This document shows, piece after piece, positions 36,500-48,447 of a DNA stretch of 64,000 nucleotides (positions are counted from its first letter, which is position 1; each line of letters starts with the position of its first letter). The stretch is from contig MNCI01000556.1 in the NCBI GenBank assembly GCA_015680685.1, forward strand, positions 1,065,931 to 1,129,930. Direction: 5' to 3'. The notes under the pieces were generated by a model. That model worked only from the letters and a program-made list of their open reading frames with translations. It did no database searches and was not told the DNA's origin. Origin of the DNA: Gnetum montanum. Lineage: Eukaryota; Plantae; Gnetophyta. A program made the translations under genes and the position numbers.

Positions 36500-39400
36500 G
36501 GGCTTAGTGATGCGTACGACTACGGGGCCTTGTTATGATATCCATTTATATCATCATCTACCACCTAGAAGGGTAGCTCAGCCCATGTTGCTTCTTTGTT
36601 CGAGCTGGTTTCAACTTGTTTAGGTGCTTTAGTCTAAACGGGGGTTTGGTCTTCAAAGATTTCAATCTCTGATCCTTGCTCCATTCCTACATTGTTTATG
36701 GCTCGGGGAACCACTTCATCACCATGAATTATCACTTCCCCTCCCACATAGGGTAAGTGAATCTCTTGGTGTATTGGGAAGGAAACAACCCTTAATTGGG
36801 CTAACCATGATCTCCATACGATCAGGCTGAACCCAGGCATTTCCTCTACCACTATGAATATTGCACTTGTGGGGAACTGGTCCCCTACCACAAAGTTGAT
36901 GCACACATTTTCTTTTACTTACATGCATGCCTCCTTGAAAAATTTTAGGCAAGATGTCATCGTGGGATTCATTTGATCGACCAAGCCCAATTTGTCCACT
37001 ATGGGGAAAGGGATGACATTAGTAGTGGCCCCATCATCAACATGTACCCTTTGGATCCTATGCTGTCTGAACTGAATTGTGATGAACATAGATCCCATTG
37101 TCACCTGACCCTTCTCAGGATCATCCTTAATGGACTCATCACAAAATGTTAAGTAAGATGGCCATGGTTCCTCGGTTGTAGAAGGAAGCATGACCGCATG
37201 GATTGCTTTCTCCTCTACCAACATGTTCTCATCAATTGGTACGGACATTAACATGCAAACCATGGCTTTGCAGTGGGCAATGGGGGTCATTACCAAGTCA
37301 TATAGGCTCAAGGTTATGCTTTTTTATTTTAGAGCTTGTTTGACCTGAGTGAGGGCATTGAACAGATCCTACCAACCATCCTACCTATTACCCTTCTCCT
37401 CCTCCATTAGTCCTATGAGATGAATCTCCTAAGGGGAAACTTTAGGTTGAGGATTTTGTTTTCTTAGATGGGCTGGTGGTGATTTCTTTTGTGTGTCATC
37501 ATCAGTTGTTGATGATGAGGGGATCACAGGCACCGAGGATAAGGGGGTAGGCTTGGGAGGACCTAAAGAAATGCGTTCCTTGGCCATATTGTCCATCAAG
37601 TTCTCTTCCCATTTTTTTGAATAGGGGGGCTATGGGGCTATTTTAGATTGGCTCTGTGTAGTGGGGGCAATTGAATGTTCAAGCATCCTAATGACAAATA
37701 GTGCTTATGATGTTGGTGCGAGTGACGGTATGGGTTTGAGCATGAAAGGTGTAGGGGTGGATGTTTGAGGGGGAACTTTAAGGATGAATGGTTATTGTGA
37801 CATCCTTTTTGCTGTTTTTGGTGTTGTCACACTACGTTGAAGCACAACCACCATGAATGGTTGCTGTGGTGATTCTAGGTTATTATCAACATCAATTTTG
37901 TTGATGATATACCCCACATTGTTAGCATTGAGGGGGTCTTTGTAAACGTGCATAGATTGATTTTTTGGGCAAACAGGGTTGATCTCATCCAAAACCAACT
38001 TCCCATAATTAATCATTCATTGGATGTTACCTTTTAATGCTAGACAGTAATCTGTGTCATGACCACAAAGTTGATGGTAGTCATAAAAGCATTCCAGCCT
38101 GAAGTTCTTTGGAATCGACAGCTCATTGGGTGTGGCCAAAGAGGGGTTCCTAAGAAGTTTACAATACCATTGGTGACATTTTTTCATCTCCTTTGACATC
38201 CACTTATGCTGAATATACCCAACCCCCAATAGTTGCTTCAGGAGTTCTAAAGGCTTAATGGGTAAAGGAATGTACTTGGAGTGATCCGTATGCTCGAAGT
38301 TGGATTTAGGCTAGGTTGATGTCTCTGGTGCTGATGTTGAAGAATGGGTGGTGTTTCTAGAGCCAGATGTTGTTGCTACGACTGCCTTTTTATTGTTGCT
38401 GTTCTTGGGCTTGGTCTCATTTGCCACAGCAGCCACCATGGATGGTGCAACCTTACCCTTCTCCTTGTCTTTTTTAATATATGTGTTTTTGTATGCAACA
38501 TAGCTTGGGTCTTTACTAGCTTTGGCCATGTCTTGGATGCTCTTCGTTTGAGTGAAAGCTTAGCAAAGGGAGTGTGGGGCTAGGTAGTATAGTTTTGACT
38601 TAATAAAATCATTTACTTCCCCCTTGAAGATAGCCAACAGATTGGCCTCTACGATAGGCTCACAGATCTCATTCAAGGTGATGCTCCACTGTTGTATAAA
38701 CTTTTGCATAGATTCTAGCAATTCTTGCTTGATGCTGATCAATTGATCTAGCATGACCTATGATTTCAAGTTATACTTGAAATGGATCATGAACTAATTC
38801 AGAACCTTTTCCAGAGTTGAGATGGAGATGCATGGGAATGTGTGATACCAGTCTAGAGCTTTGCCTATCAAAGCCATGACAAAGATGTAGATAATAGTGT
38901 AAGGAAACTACTGCAACAACAGAGACTCAGATTTAAATGTAACTAAATGTGTGTTATGATTTCCCTTCCCATTGTATTTTGTGAATTTTGGCAGTGGCAT
39001 CTTAGGGGGTAACGTGACCACGGGGACATTCAAGCTAATGGGGTCATCATGGTAGAAGTCCATGACCTGCATCATGTTGAAATCAGTAGCTTTGAGGCAT
39101 TTAATATCTTTAGTGAGTGTCTAGATAAGTTGGAACGCTTGGTCTAGAACTAGAGATGATGTAGACGGTTGTGGGGTTGCGGGGGCAACTACCATTGGTG
39201 GTGTTGTAAGGGTAGCGGCCTGGCTCATAGGGGGTGTTGTTGGGGCTACTCCTATGAAGGTTGTTACCTATGTGGTCCACCACCTAGTGGGTGGTGCTGT
39301 TGGAGCGGTAGCTACTAGTGGTGTTGTGGGGTTAGCCATTTGTGTGACTGATAGGGCATACCACAGTCCCATGAATGGTTATATCATTTGTAGGACTTTG

Positions 39401-40060
39401 TATACTTGGTGGTGAACATAGTGTGACATCTAGGAGGATTGCAAAATATGGAGAGAAGTGGTTGGGTTCCACCATGTGGTTGGGGTTGGACCTACCACTG
39501 ATGGTGGGATAGGTGCGGATGATGGAATGGAAGTGGGAACTCCATGTAGTTGTGAAGTAGGCACAATGTGCACGTACGACAATGCAGCTGTGACTAGCAC
39601 TTGGTATGATGATGGGATATAATTAGAAGGAAGAGTGCCTAGGAATGAAATTGAAGGGGTAGCATTTTGGTATGTTGAGGGTATAGGATGGATGCCCATG
39701 GCTGATGAAAGTGTAGGTTGTGGCAGAGACATGATAATCACAAAGGGGGCAGAAGCAAAAGGCAGGTTTGACTAGAATACCATGATGGGAGGGATAATTG
39801 CAGGGTAGGTATGGCCACCATCCTCAGAATGGGAGTCTAGGTCTTCTTGTCTATCTTGGAATGCCTCATCGTAATGGGAATCCGTATCTCACTCCCTAGA
39901 TTTACTGACTTGTACTAACTAGTCCAAGATCCACTGATACATTTCCGTCAGGTGTATGCTAATGTCAAGGATAGGGATAAACTCCCTTCCATTCCAATGA
40001 AGGAACTTAAAATTATGTTTGTCTTTGAGTTCTTGGCAATCCATAGGCAAATTTGCTTAG
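36500..40060 (-). pseudogene. Family A unit 1 gag-protease
   Basis: Aligns with family B gag-PR: DFYHDDPIS, CFYDYHQLCGHDTDYC knuckle, SLYDLV, RVHVDDGATTNVIP, FIVVEEMPGFSLI..WLAQ..PIHQEIHLPY. Ends approximate. Confidence 0.88.
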
Positions 40061-40466
40061 ATTTTTACATAGACAAAGTCATAGTGCTCTACGTCTTGCT
40101 GCAAGAGCTCAAGTGAAAAATGTTGGATCCTAAGAAACTAATGTGGTGCTAGCACTAGGCTAGGTGGTTACTTAGCACCTATGGCACTTTGAGTAGAGAA
40201 AGGGACCTCAAGGTTCAAGGTGGAAATAACAATGGTTGCGGAAATCATTTTGTGAGATTAAAGGAAAGTCACAAATGAGAAATATAGAGATCAATAAGTC
40301 ATCAAAGGCTTCTCATCCTGCTGGGTTCCAAAGAAATCATCATCATGACTAGTCTACACCACATGATGTGTAAATAACCGCAAGGGTGTCACCTCTACAC
40401 TAGTAGGTGACGGGGTATAGATAGCATGCAAGACTACTCGTAAGATGCAGAAACGACACCAAAAGG

Positions 40467-40480
40467 TCCTTCTAGCACCA
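40467..40480 (-). promoter_or_regulatory. Primer-binding site, tRNA-Asn type (tggtgctagaagga)
   Basis: 5 nt after the LTR end; matches TGGCGCTAGAAGGA (complement of the plant tRNA-Asn 3' end, from memory) with one CpG-type change; same PBS in family B. Confidence 0.8.
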
Positions 40481-40485
40481 AAAAC

Positions 40486-42451
40486 TATAGCAATTGAAAA
40501 TATTGGTGGCTAGAACACCGAGAGGTTGCTGGGAAAACAGTTTAACCCCAGATCTGTGTGAGGGAAGTGCTAGAGAAAAATGGAAAAAGGGTGCCCTGAA
40601 TAGCCTAGTCGATTAGACAGGGACATAATTGGTGTATCTTAACCTTTCATGAATGTTTGTTTTGGAAATGATGTACACGAAGTAAAGCGATGATCAATAA
40701 ATATAAAATGATGAAAATAGTGCAAAAACAAGATGATAGTAAGTGAATAAAAACATAGACTTAGGTGAGATAGTGAACTGCCCAAAGATCACGAATTTGG
40801 TCCTTTATTTTGTTGGAAGGTGTACAACTAAACATGCAACACTGGAGAGGCACAACTTACACAGAGAAGTATGGTCACAGATCTTTGAACTATACTCAGT
40901 AGCCTACTATTCAGGATTCTTCTACTTGCCACTCTGCTCACTAAGATGCCAAAATACTAAAATCACAAAGGGATGTCTGGAGCCAACCAGAATGCTAAGA
41001 ATTCCAACTATACTCTCCAAAAGCCAACTCAAAAGCCAACCATGCAAAAGGCCAACCCTTTAAGCATTGTTCACTGGGGTTATTATAGGGCTAGGAGTAG
41101 GAGAAAAACATGTTCTAGATGCCACGTGTCTTGGGCCCCACAAGGTGCAAACATGGCTATGCTATGTAGATGTGTGATGCTGGATGTGAACCTTGTTACG
41201 CTGTGACCATACTGCTGAAACTGCAAGTGCCAAAATTTAGAAAGCATGCTAACAATGAAAATAAAAGTGGAGCCTACGCTCCAGGGCTATGTCTTCACTA
41301 CTAAGTAGGGCCAACTGTAGGGACAATTTTGGAAATTGACCAAGGGTGTGCAAAATGAAGTAAAATTGCTAGTTTTGTCTGCCAGAGAGGTGCCAGAATG
41401 AGAGTGATCACTGCCAATAAGTTATAGAGCTAACTGAAGATGTCTTGATGCCTCCATGAAAATGTTGCACTACTTACACTATCAATTATGCTGGCATAGC
41501 ATAAGTAACTGCTTGCTATTCTACGCTACGCTACATAGCATAGCATAACATAGCTAGTGGTCTTGAAAGAAGTCTTGCCTATAAGACGAGAGCATCTATT
41601 TGAGGCTCGATCAGGAAAGCAACTACAACTTTGTCTCCCATGATGGAAACCCTTTGAACTACTAAGTTGATATTTGGAGCATTCTGTTGTTTTCATCCTT
41701 GCTACATTGTGCTACGCTACATAGCATAGCACAACATAATTGCCAATGTGACATGCCTCTTTGTTTAATCTTTCAATGTTTCACAAGGAAACTTTGCTTG
41801 AGGCCCAAGGGCTAAGTGGGACAGATAGTTTTGGAGATCAAAGCGTTACCAAGTGTAATTCTCTTGTTGGAGCCATTTGGTGAAGGGGCTTTTATGTGTT
41901 CTTTCCTTGCTATGTTGTGCTATGCTACATAGTGTAGCATAGCATAGCACCTTGTGTTGGTCAAATCCTAACTTGTTTTGCAATCATTTCTTCATATGAT
42001 GTTTATTATGTCTGGATTTGTTGGCAGAGCAAGTTTGCTTGATGGTTGTAACATGGAAAAATGCTTTCGAAGATTGACTTGTTGTTCACTTGCATTTTGG
42101 ATGCTTGAGTAGTCTATTCAAGGCTTTCTATGCTGCGTAGTATAGTGTAGCGTAGTAGATTTCTCCACTAGAAAACTTGTTGAACTATTTAGCTCATCCT
42201 AAACACTTTCGGTAACTCTTAGCATAGTCCCTAGGTAGACTGTCTGCTGGATTAATTGTCTAGTTGGGCAGCATAGAGAGTCCAACAAGCCTGTCAGCCC
42301 TAGAGATAGAAAACTTACTAGATTGTATAGTCTATCCTTAGTGCCCACACTATTCTGATGGCCTATTGTAACATTGTACTTGTGGAAATTTTTTGCCCAA
42401 ATTCCAAGGCTCTTCTGAAGCATCAGGGTCTTGAAATTTTATGGTGTTTCA
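40486..42451 (-). repeat. Family A shared LTR (5' LTR of unit 1 and 3' LTR of unit 2; 1966 bp)
   Basis: Colinear with 23281-25261; PBS on one side (40467-40480) and PPT on the other (42456-42464). Confidence 0.92.
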
Positions 42452-43849
42452 ATGGCCCCTCTTTGTCGATGTCTAGAGGATCTGGTAGAGATACATCGAT
42501 AAAGAATATGAAACACCATGAGAAATAGAACACCAACATTGCTCTCTAGTGGTCACTTAGATGTTGCTTTGCTACAATTGGGAGTGCTAGGATGGTCTAG
42601 TAAGTAAAAGGCGTAGAAGATGGTTTTGGGAAAATAGGTTCAGGAAAGGAAAAGATGTAACATAGTGTGGTCCCTCGTTGGAGTGCTTGTGAGGGATTTC
42701 AGTGTGCATGGGCATATTTCTTCATTGAATTTTGACCTCCCCTTGGAATGCTTAGAGATAGTCATTTTGTAACAGCTGTGCCATTTGTTCTGGGTGCCTT
42801 TTTTCTTGAGCTCTTTTGCTCCTTTACACTTTGGTGCTTTTTTTTCTGTTTAGCCACATTCACTTGCAAACAACCTTATTGTTGTAGGATAGGTGTTTCC
42901 TCCCTGAGATGAGTTGTGTTACATCCATGTGGGGCTTTGACCTACCTACAAATGCTTCCCATGTAGTGAGTTGCATTATGCTCACCATGGACTTAGTGGT
43001 TGGGTATGTGGGGGAGGGGGGGAGGGTGGGTGGAGTGGGGGGGACTTTATATGCATTGGGAAAGCTTGTAAAAGAGGTGTGAAGGAAAACTACAAGTATA
43101 AGAAACAAGGTAAAGAGGGTCAAAAGGGAGGGCAAGATGTGCACTCCCAAGTAGCCAAGCTAGTCGGAACGATGTAGTGTCCTACTTTCCTAGCAAAACA
43201 GATCTCTGAGAGATATCATCTTGGCCTATATTCTGCAAATACAATATAGAGAAAATGAAGAAAATGTAACCATGAAATGTAGTGAGGGAAAAGTCCTGCT
43301 TTCTTTAGACACTGCTGAAGTAATGAGAATTATTGCTAAGGCATGCGACGTCCAAAGTAGGAAGGCCAGCAGAGGTTTTGGCAATAATAGACTAAAGGGG
43401 TTGACATTGAAGAGGCTATGAGTTGTGGTGATGCAAGTGCATAGGATTTCCTACTCAAGGAAAATATCATGTAGTTCAAATATAATGTGAGAAGCCTAAC
43501 AGTTGAACATCTTTTGAGCTTAGATGACGATGAGGGCTGTAGTGTAGCAACTCTGTGGCTGGGCCACAATGGTGTTGGGACTCCAACAACAAGCATTGAT
43601 GATAGGATCTATTGCCAAGATGACTGGCTATGGTAGTAGTAGCTCTAAAAGGTTAGCAAGATGTTAGACAACATCTTTAGAGGATTAGCAAGATGTGAGT
43701 GGTAGTGGCATTGCATGTGTTCCAGCGAGTGTTTCCTTAGCAACATGAACTACATTTTGGAACTACAATGTTCCACCCCATCTTATCATTGTGCACACTT
43801 GCTTGTTTGTAAGATCATAGATGCAAGCTAAAAACACTATGCTACAAAC

Positions 43850-44120
43850 CTAATTTATGATCTTGGTAGATCATTAGATATACTGGTTTAAGGTCCAGCA
43901 GACCGTGATGTACTAGTTTAAGGTCCTAGCAAACCGTTGTGCTAGTTTAAGGTCCTAGCACATCGCTATGCTAGTTTATCATCACAGTGGATGGTGGATG
44001 TGCCAATTTATGGTCATAACGGACCATACTATGGGTGCCAGTTTTAGTTCATAGCCCAAGGATGTGTTGTGCTCGTTTATAATCATAGCAGACTATCTAT
44101 GCCAGTTTATAGTCATAGAG
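43850..44120 (-). repeat. 3' UTR TAAACT-motif array (family A unit 2)
   Basis: On the + strand: tandem gctagtttaaggtcctagca-type ~29-30 bp units. Confidence 0.75.
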
Positions 44121-44148
44121 GGCTATTTGTGTTGACCTTGCTTTTGCA

Positions 44149-46607
44149 TCAGACGTAGTATGGCTTGAGGTACAAGTGGTTCATGGGATTTGCAAACTCT
44201 TTGCCATCCATGTTAGCCAGTTTGAAGGCCCCATTCTCATAGGCTTTCATGACTATGAACAGAACTTTTGAGTTTGCTAAGAACTTGTTTACATGTTCAC
44301 AAACATCTCTGAGAACTAGGTCCCTTTTCTTGATCAACCATTGATGTAGATTGGAATGATGCTTTTACCACTGCTTTTCCTAGTACCATTTGATATGGCC
44401 AAGTGTTTGGGCACGCTCCTCCTCTATAGAGTCAAGGTCAATGATCCTTGACTTGTTGTTTTGAGCTTCATTCACAATGCTTGAAAGGATCATCTAAAGT
44501 GATGGTACCTACAATTAAAGAGGTAACATTGCTTTAGATCCATAAACAAGGCTGTAGGGAGTCTTACCTTTGGCCATTTTGCATGTTGTATGGTAAGCCC
44601 ACAACATGTAGAGGATTTGCTCATGCCATCATCTCTTGCTACTACTAAGAATCCTTTTGAGAAATTTGATGATTGCCTTGTTTGTTGCCTCTACCTGACC
44701 ATTTTCCTGTGGGTAGTATGGCGATGGAAAGGATTGCTTGATGCTGATGTTGCTACAAAAGGTTTTGGTTTTCGTGCTACTAAACTGTGGCTTGTTGTCT
44801 ATTACAACAGTCATGAGAAGACAAAACCTTGTTACTATGTTGTCTAGGATAAAGTGACAAACTTTTTGAGATGTAGTCTTCCTAAGGGGGATAGCCTCTA
44901 CCCACTTTGTAAAGTACTCGGTGGTAATGATGATGAAGCTATGTCCTACATAAGACTTAGGCGTGATGGGTCCTATGATATCTAGTCCCCAACATTGGAA
45001 TGGCCACGTAATCTATGTAGGATGCAACACAGTAGGTGAGACATGTATAATATATGCATGACATTGGCATGTATCACACGTCCTAACTTTGCCAAGGCAA
45101 TCTCATTCAATGTAAGGCTAATAGTACCCTAGGCATCTGATCTTCACTACCATAGCTCTAGGGGCTATGTGTCCTCGACATAATCCCTCATGGATTTCTT
45201 TAATAATTTTTTTTCTTCCCCACCAACATAAGTTAGTATTATCCCATCAAAGGAGCATTTACATAGGGTGTTATCCCCTATAAGGACATACTGTCAGGCT
45301 CACTTTCCGATAGCATCCTTTTGAGCAGATGTCAAGCTATGTGGGGGTTAGCCATGTTGAAGATAGGCTTTAACGTTAGCGTACCACTCTTGGGTATCGG
45401 TAGTGTTCACAACTGCAATGTGTGCCGCTTGGGTGATAGGATCAATGCATTCTATTATTAAAGTAGGCAAAGTTGCAAATAGGTGCGATGGCATATTCAA
45501 TGCTAACGTGGCTAAGGCATCTGCTACAGTATTCTCATTGTGGGGCATGTGTTGGATGTCTATCATTGTTAACTATTTTAGCAAACTTTTGGCCAAGTCA
45601 CAATAAGGCTGTAAGTGTGAAGCTTTATAGGCATAGACATTGGTAACCTGGTTGACAATGAGTTGGGAATCACCTTGGACTACCAAATGTTGGATCTCTA
45701 GTTCTTGAGCTGCTAAGAGCCCCCTAAGGAGTCCTTTGTACTCAGCTACTTTGTTCATATAAAGGAACGTAAAATGGTATGCAAAAGGGCAAATATCCCC
45801 TGAGTGAAATGTAATGACGACAGCAACACTACCACCTCGCATAGTTGAGGCACTGTCGAAATGCAGAGTGCCCTCAAAGTGTAATGGCACATGATTAATG
45901 CTGTTAACATGTTCATCTAGGAAAGTTGGCTCTATTGTTGCTTGATCATCGATGGGTGAAGTTGTGAGCTATGTTATTATTTCTTATCCCTTTGTCAATG
46001 ATTGGGCTACATAGTGTAAATCAAATTCCACCATTAGAGCTTTCCATTAGGCTATCCTACTTCTCTTGTATAAATTATTTGTGATAGCCCAAAGTATGTT
46101 TCTATTACATATGATGTTAACCTTGCTATGGAACAAGTAATTTCTCCACTTTTTTAGTGCAAACACTAAAGCAAGACAATCTCTTTCTACTTCATTATAC
46201 TTTGCCTCATAAGCTATGAGTGCATGGCTCAAGTAATAAACCAAGATTTTAGAACCATCATCTTTATTTTGGCATAACAATGCTGCAATAGATGTGCCCA
46301 GGGTGCCAAGGTAGATGTAGAAAGGCTTATCCCTCTGTGGTATGTAAACATTTGTGAGGTGCAAAAGCTCTTTCTTTAAGTCATCGAAGGATTTTTAACA
46401 TTCTTTTGTCCACTCAAAGTTGACCCCCTTCTTTAGAAGGTGTTGCATGGGGTGTAACTTGTTAATAAACCTTGCTATAAACCTTCTGATAAACTATATT
46501 TTGCCTTGCAACCCACGCAATTCTTTAGGGTTGGTAGGTGATGTGACGTTAATGATAGATTTAGCTTTGTTAGGATCCACTCGTATTCCAGCTTCTGATA
46601 CTACAAA
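44149..46607 (-). pseudogene. Family A unit 2 RT end-RNaseH-aRH-integrase
   Basis: ORFs 46047-46364 (RH), 45573-45890 and 45348-45566 (aRH: GDSQLIVNQV, ADALATLA), 44629-44814 and 44149-44337 (INT). Confidence 0.9.
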
Positions 46608-47864
46608 TGAAACACCACAAAATTTTGAGCTTAGTACTTTTTCAAAAAGAATCAAGCTAAGTCACAATGCTCCCTAGCATGACTAAAGCTTGAGGACCCC
46701 ACAAACAGCTTCAAGTAGAGTTGAACTCAACAAGGAGCAGTTCCTTGGGACCCGTCGACGACCACGACAACATCTGCTATCAAACCTGGTAACTTTGGAG
46801 CTTAAAATATTTAGTTTACACTAAGTATGTATTCTTAGCGTATACAGCCGATGTTGACATCGTATACGCCTAGTGTATACACCCAGCGTAGACGTCCAGC
46901 ATACATGCCTAGCGTATACTCCCCACATGTACGCTTAGCAGGTACGACTGATGTATACACCCGACAAGTAATCCCTGAATACAGCATGGAAACACCATTG
47001 CAAAACAAGATTTAGTACAAGGCAATAATTCTCACGAATAGGGCAACCATCAGCATATACGCCCAGCTTATATGCCCAGTACATCTAGTGTATATGCCCT
47101 ACATGCCTAGCGTATACGCCCAGCATCTATGCCAAAAGTCTACGCCCGCCTGATACAGCGTATACACCCAGCAAATATAACATGTTGTACACTTGTAAAT
47201 TTTATTCTTTCACACCTGGTCAATGCGCCATGTGTCACCCAACCCGAGTCTAACGTCAAAACCTGTATAAAACCCCAGTTTTTCATTAGATCGGGGTTGG
47301 CAATTTTGAGCAAACCAGAGAGAAAAATAGAGACGCTAAAAAAACCAGAGTAGAGAACCTTGTACGCTAGACTTCAACCTTGTACGCTGAGCATATAGCC
47401 TCTACGTTGTGCCTACAGTTTGAACCAACCCACAGTCATCCCTGCATCTACCGGGGCTATTCGTCTGCCTTGTGTGAAAGCCACAACTGTGTTAGATCGG
47501 TGCATTGTAACTCTCACTTTGCAATAATATTGTTGCATTTTATTCCTAAAATCTGTTACATTTTTGCTTTAATTGTTGCATGTATACTGTTTATGCTCTT
47601 TTACATTTATGCTCCGTTTGCATTAGTTACGCTATTTACGCTTGGTTTTACGCCCGTTACGCTGTTTACATATAACCCAGCGTATAGCACCTCGGTGTAC
47701 GTTTGGGGAAATCCTTACCTAATCTTCGTGCAGACCACTCAAGGTACTCTACCATCGTTAATTCCAGCTTGCCCTCAAGCGAAGGTAGAGTCTTCTGTGC
47801 ATGTTTGAAGATCTCCAGGTCTCTGTTTCCTTCTAGCCAGAGACCAACGATTTCAGATGGTACA
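46608..47864 (+). repeat. Family B 5' LTR (1257 bp)
   Basis: TGAAACACC...GATGGTACA; first ~490 bp repeated at 63510-64000; tataaaa at 47266-47272. Confidence 0.92.
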
Positions 47865-47869
47865 AAAAT

Positions 47870-47886
47870 TAGCGCTAGAAGGAGGG
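47870..47886 (+). promoter_or_regulatory. Primer-binding site, tRNA-Asn type (tagcgctagaaggaggg)
   Basis: 5 nt after the LTR end; 16/17 match to TGGCGCTAGAAGGAGGG. Confidence 0.82.
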
Positions 47887-47924
47887 CCTCTGCCTAAAAC
47901 TTGTTGTGCCTCAGAGCTCTCAGT

Positions 47925-48365
47925 GTCTACGTTGCTGAGTACATGCCGACCTTGTCTGCAAACTTCCTAGCGTCTACGCTGTTGAGCGTCTACGCTGCTC
48001 AGTTTAAAACTTACTGTCTGCAAACTTTTCAGCGTCTACACTGTTGAGCGTCTACGTTGCTCAATTTACCCTGACTCCATTTGCAAAGTTCCTAGTGTCT
48101 ACGCTACAGAGTATATGTTGTCAGCTATACACTGACCCTATCTACGCTCTACGTTGTAGACTTTGTCTACGGCATACGCTGACGCTGCTACGCTGATGCT
48201 GTCTACGCTGTTGTTCAGTTTACGCTGCACACTCTACACTGTAGACTACATCTACGCTTCTTAGCATATATGTTGCCACTATATGCTATATACCTACACG
48301 CTGTCTACGCTGTCACTATACGTTGGTCATTAAAGCCTATATGCTGAGACCTAATTTATATGCTA
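47925..48365 (+). repeat. 5' UTR array of (tc/ta)TACGCT motif
   Basis: Many tctacgctg, tatacgct and tctacactg words, including a ~57-bp tandem duplication at ~47953-48063. Confidence 0.75.
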
Positions 48366-48447
48366 TACACTAACGACATAGGTTTACGCCGCATTAAGTA
48401 TACTAATTTCATATCCCTACACTGTGTCATATTCTCAACTGTTCATC

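Larger units (their letters stand above)
23281..42451 (-). mobile_element. Family A unit 1: complete ~19-kb Tat-lineage Ty3/gypsy LTR retrotransposon with antisense cargo gene between PR and RT
   Basis: Two ~2-kb LTRs (23281-25261, 40486-42451), PBS, PPT, gag-PR at ~40.0-36.5 kb, RT-RH-aRH-INT at 30346-26933. Confidence 0.92.
40486..46607 (-). mobile_element. Family A unit 2 (3' part: RH-aRH-INT-3'UTR-LTR), interrupted by the family B insertion
   Basis: 42452-46607 is colinear with ~25262-29329; homology stops at ctacaaa|TGAAACACC. Confidence 0.9.

Noticed and set aside
47129-47897. ORFs within LTRs and motif arrays (also 23721-24032, 40743-41206, 56884-57238, 63623-63931)
   Set aside because: Incidental frames in non-coding repeats; not conserved between LTR copies.
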